Positions 10,204 to 20,035 of a stretch of 64,000 nt of DNA are shown here, piece by piece; the first letter of the stretch is position 1; each line of letters opens with the position of its first letter. The DNA comes from an uncultured Actinomycetota bacterium (GTDB lineage Bacteria > Actinomycetota > Actinomycetes > S36-B12 > UBA10799): the NCBI GenBank assembly GCA_963818505.1, contig CAWFSJ010000006.1, forward strand, positions 33,296-97,295, read 5' to 3'. A model generated the notes under the pieces. The model saw nothing but the letters and a program-made list of their open reading frames with translations. It had not been told where the DNA came from and did not search any database. Both the position numbers and the translations under genes were made by a program.

Positions 10204-13200
10204 TCACACACCCTGCTGCGAGACGTTGCGCAGCAGCCTCAAGGCCACAGAGACCGTCGCCAGGCTCGGTGGCCCGGAGGCACGGATCTCGTCCAGCGTC
10301 CCGCGCGCCCTCGCCAGACCCTCCGGGTTCGCCTTCTCGAACTCCGCGACCCGGTCTTCAGGGGAGAGCCCCTTGTCGGTGCGTCTCAGAACTCGAACGG
10401 TGAGACCTGCCTGGGCGGCGTACAGATCCTGCCGGACGGCGCCTCGTGCCAGCGCCGACCAGCGATCGGCACGGTCCAGGTTGGAGATCTGCATCAGTAG
10501 TGCATCCACGCCGAAGCGTTCGGAAACTGCGAAGTAGAGGTCTGCGACCGAGGCCGGGTCCTCCTTCTCACGCGCAGCGATGTCGGCCACATCGAGAAGG
10601 GAGTACTGATCCAGGCAGGCCGCCACGCGGATGGCCAGTGGCTCCGGAGCACCAAGGGCGACGAAGTCGTCGGCGCGTTGCTTCAGCCGCTGCTGCTCGG
10701 TTCCGCGCAGGTAGTCCGGCACCTTGGATGTCAGCGCGTGGACAACCGGATGCACACCCCCGATGAGGGCGGACACGTCGAGCACGCCGCCACGGGTCGT
10801 GAGGACCCATCGCACCGAGCGGTCCAGCAGTCGCCGGACCTCCAGGTACAGGGCGTTCTGGGCCGCAGTGGGAGCGACACGATCCAGTGCCTCGATCTCC
10901 TGCCAGATCCCGTCGAGATCGAAGATCTGTCGAACCGCCACATACGCCCGGGCGATCTCCTCGATCGATGCCCCGGTCTCCTCCACTGCGCGGTGCACGA
11001 ACGTGATGCCGCCGTGGTTCACGATGTCATTGGCGAGCATCGTGATCACGATCTCTTTGCGCAGCGGATGCTCGTCGAGCCGATCACCGTAACGCGAACG
11101 CAGGTCCGGCGGGAAGTACTCGGCCAACGCCTCCTTGGCCCAAGCATCGGCGTCCACCGAGGTCGCCATCAGGTCATCGGTCAGTGCGATCTTGGACCAT
11201 GCCAGCAGCACCGACAGTTCCGGAGAACTCAGCCCGGTACCCATTTTGATGCGCTCGGTGATCTGCTCGTCGGTCGGCAGGAACTCGATCTGGCGGTCGA
11301 GCAGGCCACGGGCCTCAAGCGCCGACATGACACGTTGATGGACAGGCAACAGGGCGCCATTCTGCGACCGCCCGTTACTGAGCAACATGTTCTGCCAGTA
11401 GTTGTTGGCCAGGACGAGATCCCCGACATCCTCGGTCATGGCAGCCAGCAACTCATTGCGCTGCTTGGTGGTCAGATCGCCTACGGCCACGATCCGATCG
11501 AGCAGGATCTTGATGTTGACCTCGTGGTCACTGGTGTCGACGCCCGCGGAGTTGTCGATCGCGTCTGTGTTGAGTTGCACGCCGTTCTCAGCGGCCTCGA
11601 TGCGTCCCAACTGGGTCAGCCCGAGGTTGCCGCCCTCCCCCACGACCTTGCAGCGCAACTGCGAGCCCGTCACCCGGATCGCGTCGTTGGCCTTGTCGCC
11701 GACCTCCGCGTTGGACTCCGACGCCGACCTCACGTAGGTCCCGATACCGCCGTTCCACAACAGATCCACCGGGGCCTGCAGGATCGCGTGCAGCAGATCG
11801 TTGGGAGTCATGCTCTTCACCCCGTCGGCGATCCCGAGGATCTTGCGGACCTGCTTGCTGATCGGGATGGACTTCAGGGAACGCGAGTAGACACCGCCAC
11901 CGGAACTGATGAGCTTCTCGTTGTAGTCGGCCCAACTCGAACGACTCAGTTCGAACAGGCGCTTGCGCTCCTTGAACGACTTCGCCGCATCCGGATCCGG
12001 ATCCAGGAAGATGTCGCGGTGGTCGAAAGCGGCCACCAGCCTGATGTGCTCGCTGAGCAGCATGCCGTTGCCGAAGACGTCACCACTCATGTCGCCGACT
12101 CCGACGACGGTGAAGTCCTGGCTCTGGGTGTCCACACCCATCTCCAGGAAGTGACGCTTGACCGCTTCCCAGGCTCCCCGGGCGGTGATTCCCATCGCCT
12201 TGTGGTCGTAGCCCACCGAACCCCCGGAGGCGAAGGCATCGCCGAGCCAGAATCCGTACTCCAGCGCCTTCGAGTTGGCGATGTCCGAGAACGTCGCCGT
12301 GCCCTTGTCGGCAGCCACCACCAGGTAGGTGTCATCGCCGTCACGACGGTGCAGGTCTGCCGGCGGCACGACCTGTCCGTCCACGAGGTTGTCCGTGAGA
12401 TCCAGCAGACCCGAGATGAAGGTCTTGTAGCAGTCGATGCCCTCGGCCATGAACGCTTCACGGTTGCTCATCGGCGGCGGGTTCTTGACGATGAACCCTC
12501 CCTTGGAACCGACCGGGACAATCACGGAGTTCTTGACCATCTGGGCTTTGACCAGGCCGAGCACCTCGGTACGGAAGTCCTCCCGCCTGTCACTCCAGCG
12601 CAGTCCCCCACGAGCGACCTTGCCGAAGCGCAGGTGTACGCCGGAGACTCGCGGCGAGGTCACGAAGATCTCGAACATCGGCCGAGGTAGCGGCATCCCG
12701 GGCACTTCCCGCGGGTCGATCTTGAACGAGAGCCAGGACTTGGGCTGACCTTCGACGCTCTGGTAGTAGTTGGTCCGCAGGATCGCCAGGACAATTCCGA
12801 GCAACTGCCGGATCACCCTGTCGTCGTCCAGCGAGGCCACCGAATCCAGTGCCGTGAGCACCTCCTGATGCAAGGACTTGGCCAACTTGTCGTCGAAGTT
12901 GGTCGGGTGATGGCGCGCCTCGAACAGGTCGACAAGCAACCTCACGATCTCGGTGTGGCCGACAAGCACCTCGGTCATGTACTGCGCGGAGAAGGGCGTC
13001 CCGATCTGTCGGGCGTACTCCACCCAAGCCCGGACAGCGGCAACCTCGCGCCAGTCGAGGCCGCCTGTGGTCACCAGGGTGTTCAGTCCGTCGGCATCTG
13101 CCTGCATCCCCCAGCACGCCAGGAAGGCCTCGCTGAAACGTTGGGTGAAGGTGGCGTCGTTAGGCATCTCCTCATCCGGCAGGCGCAGCCCGAAGTCGTA

Positions 13201-15033
13201 GATGTGCCGTGAGACACCGTCGAGGCCTGTCACGTTGTAGGGACGCTCGTCGAGCACCTCCACCCCGAAGCCGTTGAGGATCGGGATGACCGAAGCCAGC
13301 GAGACCGGGGGGCCTGCCCGGTAGATCGTGAACCGGCGATCCCGCAGCGAGGTCACCAGGGCTGGCAGCGCCAGCGACACCGAGATCCCCGCATCACCGA
13401 GGGCGTCCAGGTTCACGATGTCCGCGACAGCCTCCCGGGCCGCCGCGTCCTCCTTGTAGGCCTCCGGGAAGGTGCCGCTGAACTTACCCAGCAGGTCGCC
13501 CGCCCGCTCCTCCCCAACAGCTGTGACCAAGGCCTGCGTCAAATGGTCATCCCAGGACTTCACGGCCTGAGCGAGCTCAGCCTCCAGCGCGGTCTCGTCG
13601 ACGTCGGGAATCGCAACACCCTGGGGCATGTGGACCACGATGTGCAACCGTGCCAGCACGGACTCCGTCAGCAGGGCGGTGTGATCGACCGACGCGCCAC
13701 CATAGGCCTGGAGCAACTTCGTCTGCACCCGCTCACGCACGTGGGTGTTGTACCGGTCCCGTGGCAGGTACACCAGGCACGATACGTAGCGGCCATACCT
13801 GTCGTGACGGGAGAAGAGCCGGGTCTGGCGACGCTGATGGATCTGCAGCACCGCCCGGGCGATGGGGAACAACTCCTCGGCATCGGTCTGGAAGAAGTCG
13901 TCGCGGGGGTAGATCTCGCAGAACTGCAGGAGATCCTTGCCACTGTGCGTACCGGGGCCGAATCCGCACAGTTCGAACAACTCGTCCACACGCCTGCGCA
14001 GCACGGGGATCTGTGTGACGGACTGGTTGTACGTGCTGGAAGTGAAAAGCCCGATGAACCGGTGCTCACCGATCACGCGGCCGTCAGCATCGAAGCGCTT
14101 CACACCCACGTAGTCCAAGTGGACCGGCCGGTGAACCGTGGATCGAGAGTTGGCCTTGGTCAGAACGAGAACACGCGGTTCGGCGGCATGGGCCCGGACC
14201 GCGGGCGGCATCTCGGAGAACGATTGCGACTGAACCCGGTCCGAGCGCAGCAGCCCGAGCCCGGTGCCGGGCTGACTGACCAGCGCGGTGGGGTCGGGGT
14301 CGCGCACCAGGTCGTACATGCGGTAGCCCAGGAAGGTGTAGTTGCCCTCTGCCAGCCACTGCAGGAACTCCGCTGCCTCCTCGGCGTACCCGGGCGGCAC
14401 CGACGAAGGTGGGTTCTCGCGCAACTCATCGGCGAGCGCCAGGGCCTGCGCGGTCATCCGCTGCCAGTCCTCTACGGCCTCACGCACGTCCCGCAGGACT
14501 TTCAGCAGGATCTTCTTGAGTTCCTCATGGCGCGCCGGGTCACTGTCGAGGTCGATCTCGAGGTGGATCCACGACTCCCGCACCACACCCGGAACGGCCT
14601 CGGCAGCATCCGGCAAGACGGCCTGCAGGTCACCGGCAACGTCGCGGCGAACCGAGTAGATCGGGTGCGCCACCATGTGCAGTGAGCGACCCGCTTGGGT
14701 GATGGCCGAGACCACCGAGTCCAGCAGGAAAGGCATGTCGTCGGTGATGACCTCCACCACCGTGTGCCCGCAGGTCCACTCGTTGGCCGCCACCGTCGGG
14801 GTGAAGACGTCCACGACGGCGGTGCCCTGTGGACGAACCGCGGCCAGGCGCAACATGTGCGTGGCCGGGCCGACAACATCTATCGGGTCCTTGCCGATGA
14901 GATCGTCGGGCGCGACATCCTCGTAGAAACGAGGCAAGAAGTCGGCCAGATCGACTTCGAACTCGACGGGCTGTGAACGCCCGGCCACCGCGTGGGCGGC
15001 TTCGAGCAATTCGTTCAGTGCATCTTCTGCCAC
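10204..15033 (-). CDS. NAD-specific glutamate dehydrogenase, large (about 180 kDa) class
   Basis: 1609-aa single ORF with a GTG start. Its length and sequence blocks (GGLRWSDRREDFRTEVLGLVKAQMVKN, VGVGDMSGDVFGNGML) are typical of the actinobacterial large GDH (Rv2476c type). Confidence 0.9.
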   Translation of the reverse strand: MAEDALNELLEAAHAVAGRSQPVEFEVDLADFLPRFYEDVAPDDLIGKDPIDVVGPATHMLRLAAVRPQGTAVVDVFTPTVAANEWTCGHTVVEVITDDMPFLLDSVVSAITQAGRSLHMVAHPIYSVRRDVAGDLQAVLPDAAEAVPGVVRESWIHLEIDLDSDPARHEELKKILLKVLRDVREAVEDWQRMTAQALALADELRENPPSSVPPGYAEEAAEFLQWLAEGNYTFLGYRMYDLVRDPDPTALVSQPGTGLGLLRSDRVQSQSFSEMPPAVRAHAAEPRVLVLTKANSRSTVHRPVHLDYVGVKRFDADGRVIGEHRFIGLFTSSTYNQSVTQIPVLRRRVDELFELCGFGPGTHSGKDLLQFCEIYPRDDFFQTDAEELFPIARAVLQIHQRRQTRLFSRHDRYGRYVSCLVYLPRDRYNTHVRERVQTKLLQAYGGASVDHTALLTESVLARLHIVVHMPQGVAIPDVDETALEAELAQAVKSWDDHLTQALVTAVGEERAGDLLGKFSGTFPEAYKEDAAAREAVADIVNLDALGDAGISVSLALPALVTSLRDRRFTIYRAGPPVSLASVIPILNGFGVEVLDERPYNVTGLDGVSRHIYDFGLRLPDEEMPNDATFTQRFSEAFLACWGMQADADGLNTLVTTGGLDWREVAAVRAWVEYARQIGTPFSAQYMTEVLVGHTEIVRLLVDLFEARHHPTNFDDKLAKSLHQEVLTALDSVASLDDDRVIRQLLGIVLAILRTNYYQSVEGQPKSWLSFKIDPREVPGMPLPRPMFEIFVTSPRVSGVHLRFGKVARGGLRWSDRREDFRTEVLGLVKAQMVKNSVIVPVGSKGGFIVKNPPPMSNREAFMAEGIDCYKTFISGLLDLTDNLVDGQVVPPADLHRRDGDDTYLVVAADKGTATFSDIANSKALEYGFWLGDAFASGGSVGYDHKAMGITARGAWEAVKRHFLEMGVDTQSQDFTVVGVGDMSGDVFGNGMLLSEHIRLVAAFDHRDIFLDPDPDAAKSFKERKRLFELSRSSWADYNEKLISSGGGVYSRSLKSIPISKQVRKILGIADGVKSMTPNDLLHAILQAPVDLLWNGGIGTYVRSASESNAEVGDKANDAIRVTGSQLRCKVVGEGGNLGLTQLGRIEAAENGVQLNTDAIDNSAGVDTSDHEVNIKILLDRIVAVGDLTTKQRNELLAAMTEDVGDLVLANNYWQNMLLSNGRSQNGALLPVHQRVMSALEARGLLDRQIEFLPTDEQITERIKMGTGLSSPELSVLLAWSKIALTDDLMATSVDADAWAKEALAEYFPPDLRSRYGDRLDEHPLRKEIVITMLANDIVNHGGITFVHRAVEETGASIEEIARAYVAVRQIFDLDGIWQEIEALDRVAPTAAQNALYLEVRRLLDRSVRWVLTTRGGVLDVSALIGGVHPVVHALTSKVPDYLRGTEQQRLKQRADDFVALGAPEPLAIRVAACLDQYSLLDVADIAAREKEDPASVADLYFAVSERFGVDALLMQISNLDRADRWSALARGAVRQDLYAAQAGLTVRVLRRTDKGLSPEDRVAEFEKANPEGLARARGTLDEIRASGPPSLATVSVALRLLRNVSQQGV

Positions 15034-15043
15034 GGTTCTCTGC

Positions 15044-16672
15044 CTACTTCATGTGGGGGTGGGTGTGGTCGGTCGGCGGGACGAACGTCTCTTTGATGGA
15101 CCTGGTGCTGGTCCAACGCATCAGGTTCTGGGCAGCTCCGGCCTTGTCGTTGGTTCCGGATGCCCTCCCGCCACCGAAGGGCTGCTGGCCCACGACGGCC
15201 CCCGTGGGCTTGTCGTTGATGTAGAAGTTGCCGGCCGCGTAACGCAGGAACTCCCGGGCGTGCGCGATGGCCGCGCGGTCCTGGGAGATGAACGCACCGG
15301 TCAGGGCGTACTTGGCGATGCCCTCCATCTGCTCGAGTGCGCTGGAGTAACGCCGGTCGTCGTAGACGTGCACGCCGAGCAGCGGCCCGAAGTACTCGTC
15401 GGTGAAGAACTCGTTGCCGGGGTCCTTGCTCAATGCGACAGTCGGTCGGATGAAGTAGCCCTCGCTGTCGTCGTAGGTGCCACCGGCGACCACGGAGACG
15501 TCCGGGTTCTTCTTCGCGCGGTCGATGGCCGACGACACCTTGGCGAAGGCCTTCGCGTCGATCACTGCGGACATGAAGTTGCTGAAGTCCGTCGTCGGTC
15601 CCACCGACAGGTTCTCAACCTTGTCCAGGAAGTCGTCCTTCATGAGTTTCCACACGCTGCGCGGGATGTACGCGCGACTGGCAGCCGAGCACTTCTGGCC
15701 CTGGAACTCATAGGCTCCGCGGATCAGCGCAGTTGTGAGGACGTCGGGATCGGCCGAGGGGTGGGCGAAGACGAAGTCCTTCCCGCCGGTCTCGCCGACC
15801 AGTCGTGGGTAGGTGCGGTACTTGTCGATGTTCTCGCCCACGGTGCGCCACAGCAGGTGGAAGACCGGTGTGGAGCCTGTGAAGTGGATACCTGCGAGAT
15901 CGGGGTCGTAGAGGGCCACATCCGAGACGGCGATGCCGTCGCCGGTCACCATGTTGATCACCCCGGGAGGAAGTCCCGCTTCCAGCAGCAGTTCCATGAT
16001 GAAGTGCGCCGCGAACTGCTGGGTGGGCGCGGGTTTCCACACCACGACGTTGCCCATCATTGCCGGCGCCGTCGGCAGGTTCCCCGCGATGGCTGTGAAG
16101 TTGAACGGGGTGACCGCGTAGACGAATCCCTCCAGCGGGCGGTGGTCGGTCTGGTTCCAGATCCCCGGTGACGACGTGGGCTGCTCACGCAGGATCGCGT
16201 CGGCGAACTTCACGTTGAAACGAAGGAAGTCGATCAATTCGCAGGCGGAGTCGATCTCAGCCTGGAAGGCCGTCTTGGACTGCCCGAGCATGGTGGCCGC
16301 GTTGAGGGTGTCGCGCCACGGTCCGGCCAGTAGATCCGCGGCCTTCAGGAAGATGGCTGCCCGGTCGTCCCACGACATCGCACGCCAACCCGGTGCCGCC
16401 TGCTTCGCCGCCTCGAGCGCCGAGGCAGCGTCCTTGCGGGTGGCGTTCTTCATCGAACCCAGGACCCGGGAGTGCGCGTGTGGTTGAACCACCTTGAGCC
16501 TGGACCCGCCACCCATGGTCCATTTGCCGGCGATGTTCATCGGCAGGTCCATGGGCCCCTGACTCTGCAACTGCGCCAGGCGCGCCTGCAGGGAGGCGCG
16601 ATGCGGGGAACCCGGTTCGTACAGCCGGTTGGGTTCGTTCTCGATCGGGGGGATCTCGGTCACGGCGTCCAT
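15044..16672 (-). CDS. pruA: L-glutamate gamma-semialdehyde (1-pyrroline-5-carboxylate) dehydrogenase
   Basis: 542 aa aldehyde dehydrogenase family protein (ETGGKDF, FEFQGQKCSA catalytic Cys region). Size and termini resemble actinobacterial PruA/RocA. It lies 10 nt upstream of the GDH gene. Confidence 0.85.
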   Translation of the reverse strand: MDAVTEIPPIENEPNRLYEPGSPHRASLQARLAQLQSQGPMDLPMNIAGKWTMGGGSRLKVVQPHAHSRVLGSMKNATRKDAASALEAAKQAAPGWRAMSWDDRAAIFLKAADLLAGPWRDTLNAATMLGQSKTAFQAEIDSACELIDFLRFNVKFADAILREQPTSSPGIWNQTDHRPLEGFVYAVTPFNFTAIAGNLPTAPAMMGNVVVWKPAPTQQFAAHFIMELLLEAGLPPGVINMVTGDGIAVSDVALYDPDLAGIHFTGSTPVFHLLWRTVGENIDKYRTYPRLVGETGGKDFVFAHPSADPDVLTTALIRGAYEFQGQKCSAASRAYIPRSVWKLMKDDFLDKVENLSVGPTTDFSNFMSAVIDAKAFAKVSSAIDRAKKNPDVSVVAGGTYDDSEGYFIRPTVALSKDPGNEFFTDEYFGPLLGVHVYDDRRYSSALEQMEGIAKYALTGAFISQDRAAIAHAREFLRYAAGNFYINDKPTGAVVGQQPFGGGRASGTNDKAGAAQNLMRWTSTRSIKETFVPPTDHTHPHMK

Positions 16673-16709
16673 GACCCGATACTTCCATCAGATCCGTTTC
16701 GATGTGCAG

Positions 16710-17081
16710 TTACTGCAGGTGTCCGATCTCGTCCACGGCGTACCACTCGAGGTCGTCGACGAACAGTGCGGCCCAGTCGGCCACGGGTATGTCCGATGTG
16801 GCAGTCATGGAGGTCAGTCCGCCCGGGCTCACCTTGGCGGACTCAGGTGCCACATCCACGGCGATGGTCGCCCTGCGCCGACCGGAGGTCATCGCCGCAA
16901 CGGTCGACATCTCTTCGGCTGCCTTCGTCGCGAGGAACTCCAGTTCCTCCTCGTCGGAGTCAGGATTCTGCTCGCGCAGAGCGGTGGTGACACCGTTCAT
17001 CGCTGTGCCTGCAGGCACCGAACCGGCCTGGTACCAGGCCAGGACTTCGGGCAATGTGCTCGGGATGTACGCGCGGATCAA
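16710..17081 (-). CDS. conserved actinobacterial hypothetical protein (DUF6912-like)
   Basis: 123 aa with a TTG start overlapping the patatin stop (TTGA). The acidic protein opens (M)IRAYIPSTLPEVLAWYQAG and ends LEWYAVDEI, which I recall from a conserved actinobacterial DUF. No function is known. Confidence 0.65.
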   Translation of the reverse strand: MIRAYIPSTLPEVLAWYQAGSVPAGTAMNGVTTALREQNPDSDEEELEFLATKAAEEMSTVAAMTSGRRRATIAVDVAPESAKVSPGGLTSMTATSDIPVADWAALFVDDLEWYAVDEIGHLQ

Positions 17082-18076
17082 CTGACGTCAGCCAGGTGGT
17101 CCGGGCCGACACGGTCGGGGTCGCGCAGTGCTTCCGCCGAGGTCTTCAGCGAGGTCTCCAGCACGGCCATTCGACGACTGTTGTCCATGACGTTGGCGCC
17201 CATCGCCTCGAGGTCCTCTGGCCCGGGACCCAGGATCGTGACATCCGCCCCACCTGCGCGCAGCTTGTCGACCTCATGCAGGCAGCGTTTGGTCACCTGC
17301 ACCCGCCAGCGACGCTCCACGCGACCGAGCATGGTGTCGGGCTGGTCCATGGCGAAGGACAGCATCGGGGCCAATACGTAGACCTCGTCGAGGTCCAGCC
17401 CGGCCAGCAGGTCAGCCGAGGTGGCCGACCACGCTCCGCCGTCGATATAGGTGCGCCCGGCGATCTCCATGGGCCGGAACCAGCCAGGGATGGCACAGCT
17501 GGCCATCACCGCATCCGACAGTGCGACCTCGGGGGCGTTGTCATGGCCGAAGGCGACTCGGCGACCGCTTTCGTAGTCCAGGGCCACGATCCAGACGTTG
17601 TCGTGCGGGGACCATTCGCCGAACGGGGTGAAGGCCTCCACGAGGTGCCCGACGCGCTGCAATGAGCCCTTGCCCGCCGGCAGGAACGCCGACAGCACCG
17701 CGGTCGGGGGCATCTTGCGGGCGCCTCCGGTCAGGGTCCGCCGGATGAGTTTCCCACTGCCTGGGCCGAGCAGCCTGGGCAGCCCGGGCCGATGGCTGCC
17801 TGTTGCCTTCTCGTAGTCCCAGGAGTACCCAGCCAGTGGGCCCGAATTGATGGCCTTGCCGCGCTGGTGATCGATGAGCTGCTCGACGCTCACACCGGCC
17901 CCGAGCAGGGCCGACAGGACCGAGCCGGCCGAGGTCCCGACGATGTAGTCGGAATTGCGTGGGTCGAAGCCGTGCAGGTCCTCGAGAGCCTTGAGTGCTC
18001 CGACCATCCAGGCCGCACCGAGGATGCCACCGCCACCGAGTACGAGTCCGCGTCGCGGACCGGTTCGTGAGGCCAT
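17078..18076 (-). CDS. patatin-like phospholipase family protein
   Basis: Oxyanion loop LVLGGGGILGAAW, nucleophile elbow GTSAGS, catalytic Asp motif YIDGGAWS. ATG at 18076 (MASRTGPRRG..., preceded by GGAGAAGG) is preferred to the TTG at 18106. Confidence 0.85.
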   Translation of the reverse strand: MASRTGPRRGLVLGGGGILGAAWMVGALKALEDLHGFDPRNSDYIVGTSAGSVLSALLGAGVSVEQLIDHQRGKAINSGPLAGYSWDYEKATGSHRPGLPRLLGPGSGKLIRRTLTGGARKMPPTAVLSAFLPAGKGSLQRVGHLVEAFTPFGEWSPHDNVWIVALDYESGRRVAFGHDNAPEVALSDAVMASCAIPGWFRPMEIAGRTYIDGGAWSATSADLLAGLDLDEVYVLAPMLSFAMDQPDTMLGRVERRWRVQVTKRCLHEVDKLRAGGADVTILGPGPEDLEAMGANVMDNSRRMAVLETSLKTSAEALRDPDRVGPDHLADVS

Positions 18077-18145
18077 CGCCTTCTCCAGCCTCCAATCGAG
18101 GATCAAGTCAACTGCGCAATCGCGATAACGCTACTCGGCGGAACG

Positions 18146-19570
18146 TTAGTCCCTTCGGACGCGTTTTGCTCGCGTACGCGTGCGTCGTGTCGTTTCGAGC
18201 AGCTCGTCCATGGCCTCCCCGAGGCACGCCGTGAGCACGTCGATGTCGTCCATGGCGTCACGATCGGCGTTCAATCCGAAGAAGACCCCACCGTTGTACG
18301 ACGTGAGCCCGATGGTCACTGCCATCCCTTTGACCAGCGGAAGGACCGGGTATGCGCCCAGCAGCTGCGCTCCGGCCACGTAGAGAGGACTCTGCGGTCC
18401 CGGCACGTTGGTCACCACGACGTTGGAGACACGCCGGGACAGATCTCCGGCCACCCGCGCCCCCATGGCGTGCAATGTGGGTGGCGCGAAACCGGTCAGC
18501 GCCACGATGCTCTGAGCGCCGACCATGTGCCCGCCCTCTTTGTGCTGACCCATCTCGAAGCTGATCCGGTTGAGCCGCACCACGGGATCCGGCTCACCGG
18601 TGGGCAGATCGACCAGGAACGCGGCCACCCGGTTGCCAGGCCGGCGTTGGTCGATGTCGTGAACGCTGACAGGGACCATGGCGCGGATCGTGTGCCGGGT
18701 GCCCACGGTCTCCTGGCGGGTCATGAGCCAGGCCCGTAGCGCACCGGCGATCACGGCCAGGACCACGTCGTTCACGGTGCCGCCGTGCTGGCGCCTGATC
18801 CGCTTGAAGTCCTCGAGGTCCAGCGTTGCCGTGCCGAACCGTCGCTGTGCGCCGATGGGCACATTCAGTGGGCTCTCCGCGGGCGGACGCGCCGCCGACC
18901 ACAGAGCCGTGACCAACCCGCCCGCCTGTCGGATGACGCCGGAAGCCGACTGGCTCAGATCGTTGAAGCTCTTGCGGGCACCGTCGACCACCACCGCTGG
19001 TCGTCGGATCGTCTCCACCACCGCGCCCGCGACCAGTTCTGCACCGCTGGGCTCCTGGGAGGGGTTCCAATGCAGATCCGGGGTGGGCTTGGGGTCGGGG
19101 GTGTTGTCGAGGATCACCTGGCCGATGTCAACTGCCGCGGTGCCGTCGATCATCGCGTGGTGCGTCTTGGTGAGGATGGCGAACCGGCCGCCCTCCAGAC
19201 CCTCGACCAGGTACACCTCCCACAGCGGGCGCATACGGTCCAGCGGGCGGCTCATGATCCGCGCAGCCAGCTCTCGCAGTTGGCCGTCGGTGCCCGGCGA
19301 GGGCAGCGCCGATCGGCGCACATGGAAGGCCACGTCGAAGTCCTGGTCGTCGACCCAGACCGGATTGGCCAGCCGCCCCGGAACCCAGCGGATCCGCTGG
19401 CGGTATCGGGGCACGAAAGCGATCCGGCGGCGGATGAGGGTCACCAACCGGTCGTAGTCGAAGCCGGTGTCGGGGGCCTGGAAGACCAGCACCTCGCCGA
19501 CGTGCATCGGTGTGGTCTCGTCCTCCAGGTAGAGGAAGGAGACATCCAGCGAGCTGAGGCGATCCGGCAC
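18146..19570 (-). CDS. wax ester synthase/diacylglycerol acyltransferase (WS/DGAT)
   Basis: 474 aa with a GTG start. The active-site motif HHxxxDG is present (THHAMIDGTA). The position corresponds to the tgs genes next to Rv3235 in mycobacteria. Confidence 0.9.
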   Translation of the reverse strand: MPDRLSSLDVSFLYLEDETTPMHVGEVLVFQAPDTGFDYDRLVTLIRRRIAFVPRYRQRIRWVPGRLANPVWVDDQDFDVAFHVRRSALPSPGTDGQLRELAARIMSRPLDRMRPLWEVYLVEGLEGGRFAILTKTHHAMIDGTAAVDIGQVILDNTPDPKPTPDLHWNPSQEPSGAELVAGAVVETIRRPAVVVDGARKSFNDLSQSASGVIRQAGGLVTALWSAARPPAESPLNVPIGAQRRFGTATLDLEDFKRIRRQHGGTVNDVVLAVIAGALRAWLMTRQETVGTRHTIRAMVPVSVHDIDQRRPGNRVAAFLVDLPTGEPDPVVRLNRISFEMGQHKEGGHMVGAQSIVALTGFAPPTLHAMGARVAGDLSRRVSNVVVTNVPGPQSPLYVAGAQLLGAYPVLPLVKGMAVTIGLTSYNGGVFFGLNADRDAMDDIDVLTACLGEAMDELLETTRRTRTRAKRVRRD

Positions 19571-19959
19571 GGTTCCCTGCCTTTCCCAAGTCCGCCCATT
19601 GTCCCACCCGGGCAGTCCTCAGAGGTGGCCAGGTCTGCGCGTCAGGTAACTGGGAGCACGGCGGGCCTGGTCCCACCGTGACCGCTGTAAGAGGGGGTTT
19701 CGGATGCGTGGAGCATGCGCGACCGGCGCTTGCCCGTGTCGACTGTCCGGATTTGCAGGTTGATCAAGGCCCACGCGCCAGTGCCCCTCAGTGAACCGGC
19801 ACTTCGCCTTTGCTGTGGGCTGGGGGAACCACACTTCGTTCTCCAACCTCGGCCCAGGTGGCTTTCGCCGCGAAGTCGGGCCGAGCGCGCGACGCCGCCC
19901 TCCGCGGGTTGCAGACGGTGTCGGTCCAGCCGTCGAACACGGCATGGGTCGCGGCGGGC

Positions 19960-20035
19960 GTTGGGTGGGGTTCGTGCAGTTGGGTGGGGTTCGTCGCGCG
20001 CTGAGCGTCAACCAACTGCATGAACCCCATCCAAC
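19960..20035. repeat. 24-nt imperfect inverted repeat (28-nt spacer) built from three copies of a GTTGGRTGGGGTTCRT motif
   Basis: 19960-19983 GTTGGGTGGGGTTCGTGCAGTTGG matches the reverse complement of 20012-20035 (GTTGGATGGGGTTCATGCAGTTGG) at 22 of 24 positions. The 16-mer GTTGGGTGGGGTTCGT occurs in direct repeat at 19960 and 19979. Confidence 0.9.

Noticed and set aside
10678-12690. Very long antisense ORFs opposite real genes: 10678..12690 (670 aa), 28252..30618 (788 aa), 36444..38255 (603 aa), 39834..41822 (662 aa), 47406..49478 (690 aa), 52941..54284 (447 aa) and 59157..60716 (519 aa).
   Set aside because: They are Arg/Gly/Pro/His-rich with no motifs, and each lies opposite a gene with a strong family signature. 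Stop-codon-poor shadow frames like these are expected in high-GC DNA. The one opposite the large GDH is a known source of spurious 'NAD-GDH' annotations.
19788-20030. 80-aa minus-strand ORF (MGFMQLVDAQRATNPTQLHEP...) as a real small gene.
   Set aside because: GC3 is high only in its middle third. It has no recognisable product or RBS, and it is read across a 19-nt-period DNA repeat. I treat it as part of the ORF-poor gap, either a possible gene remnant or an RNA locus.
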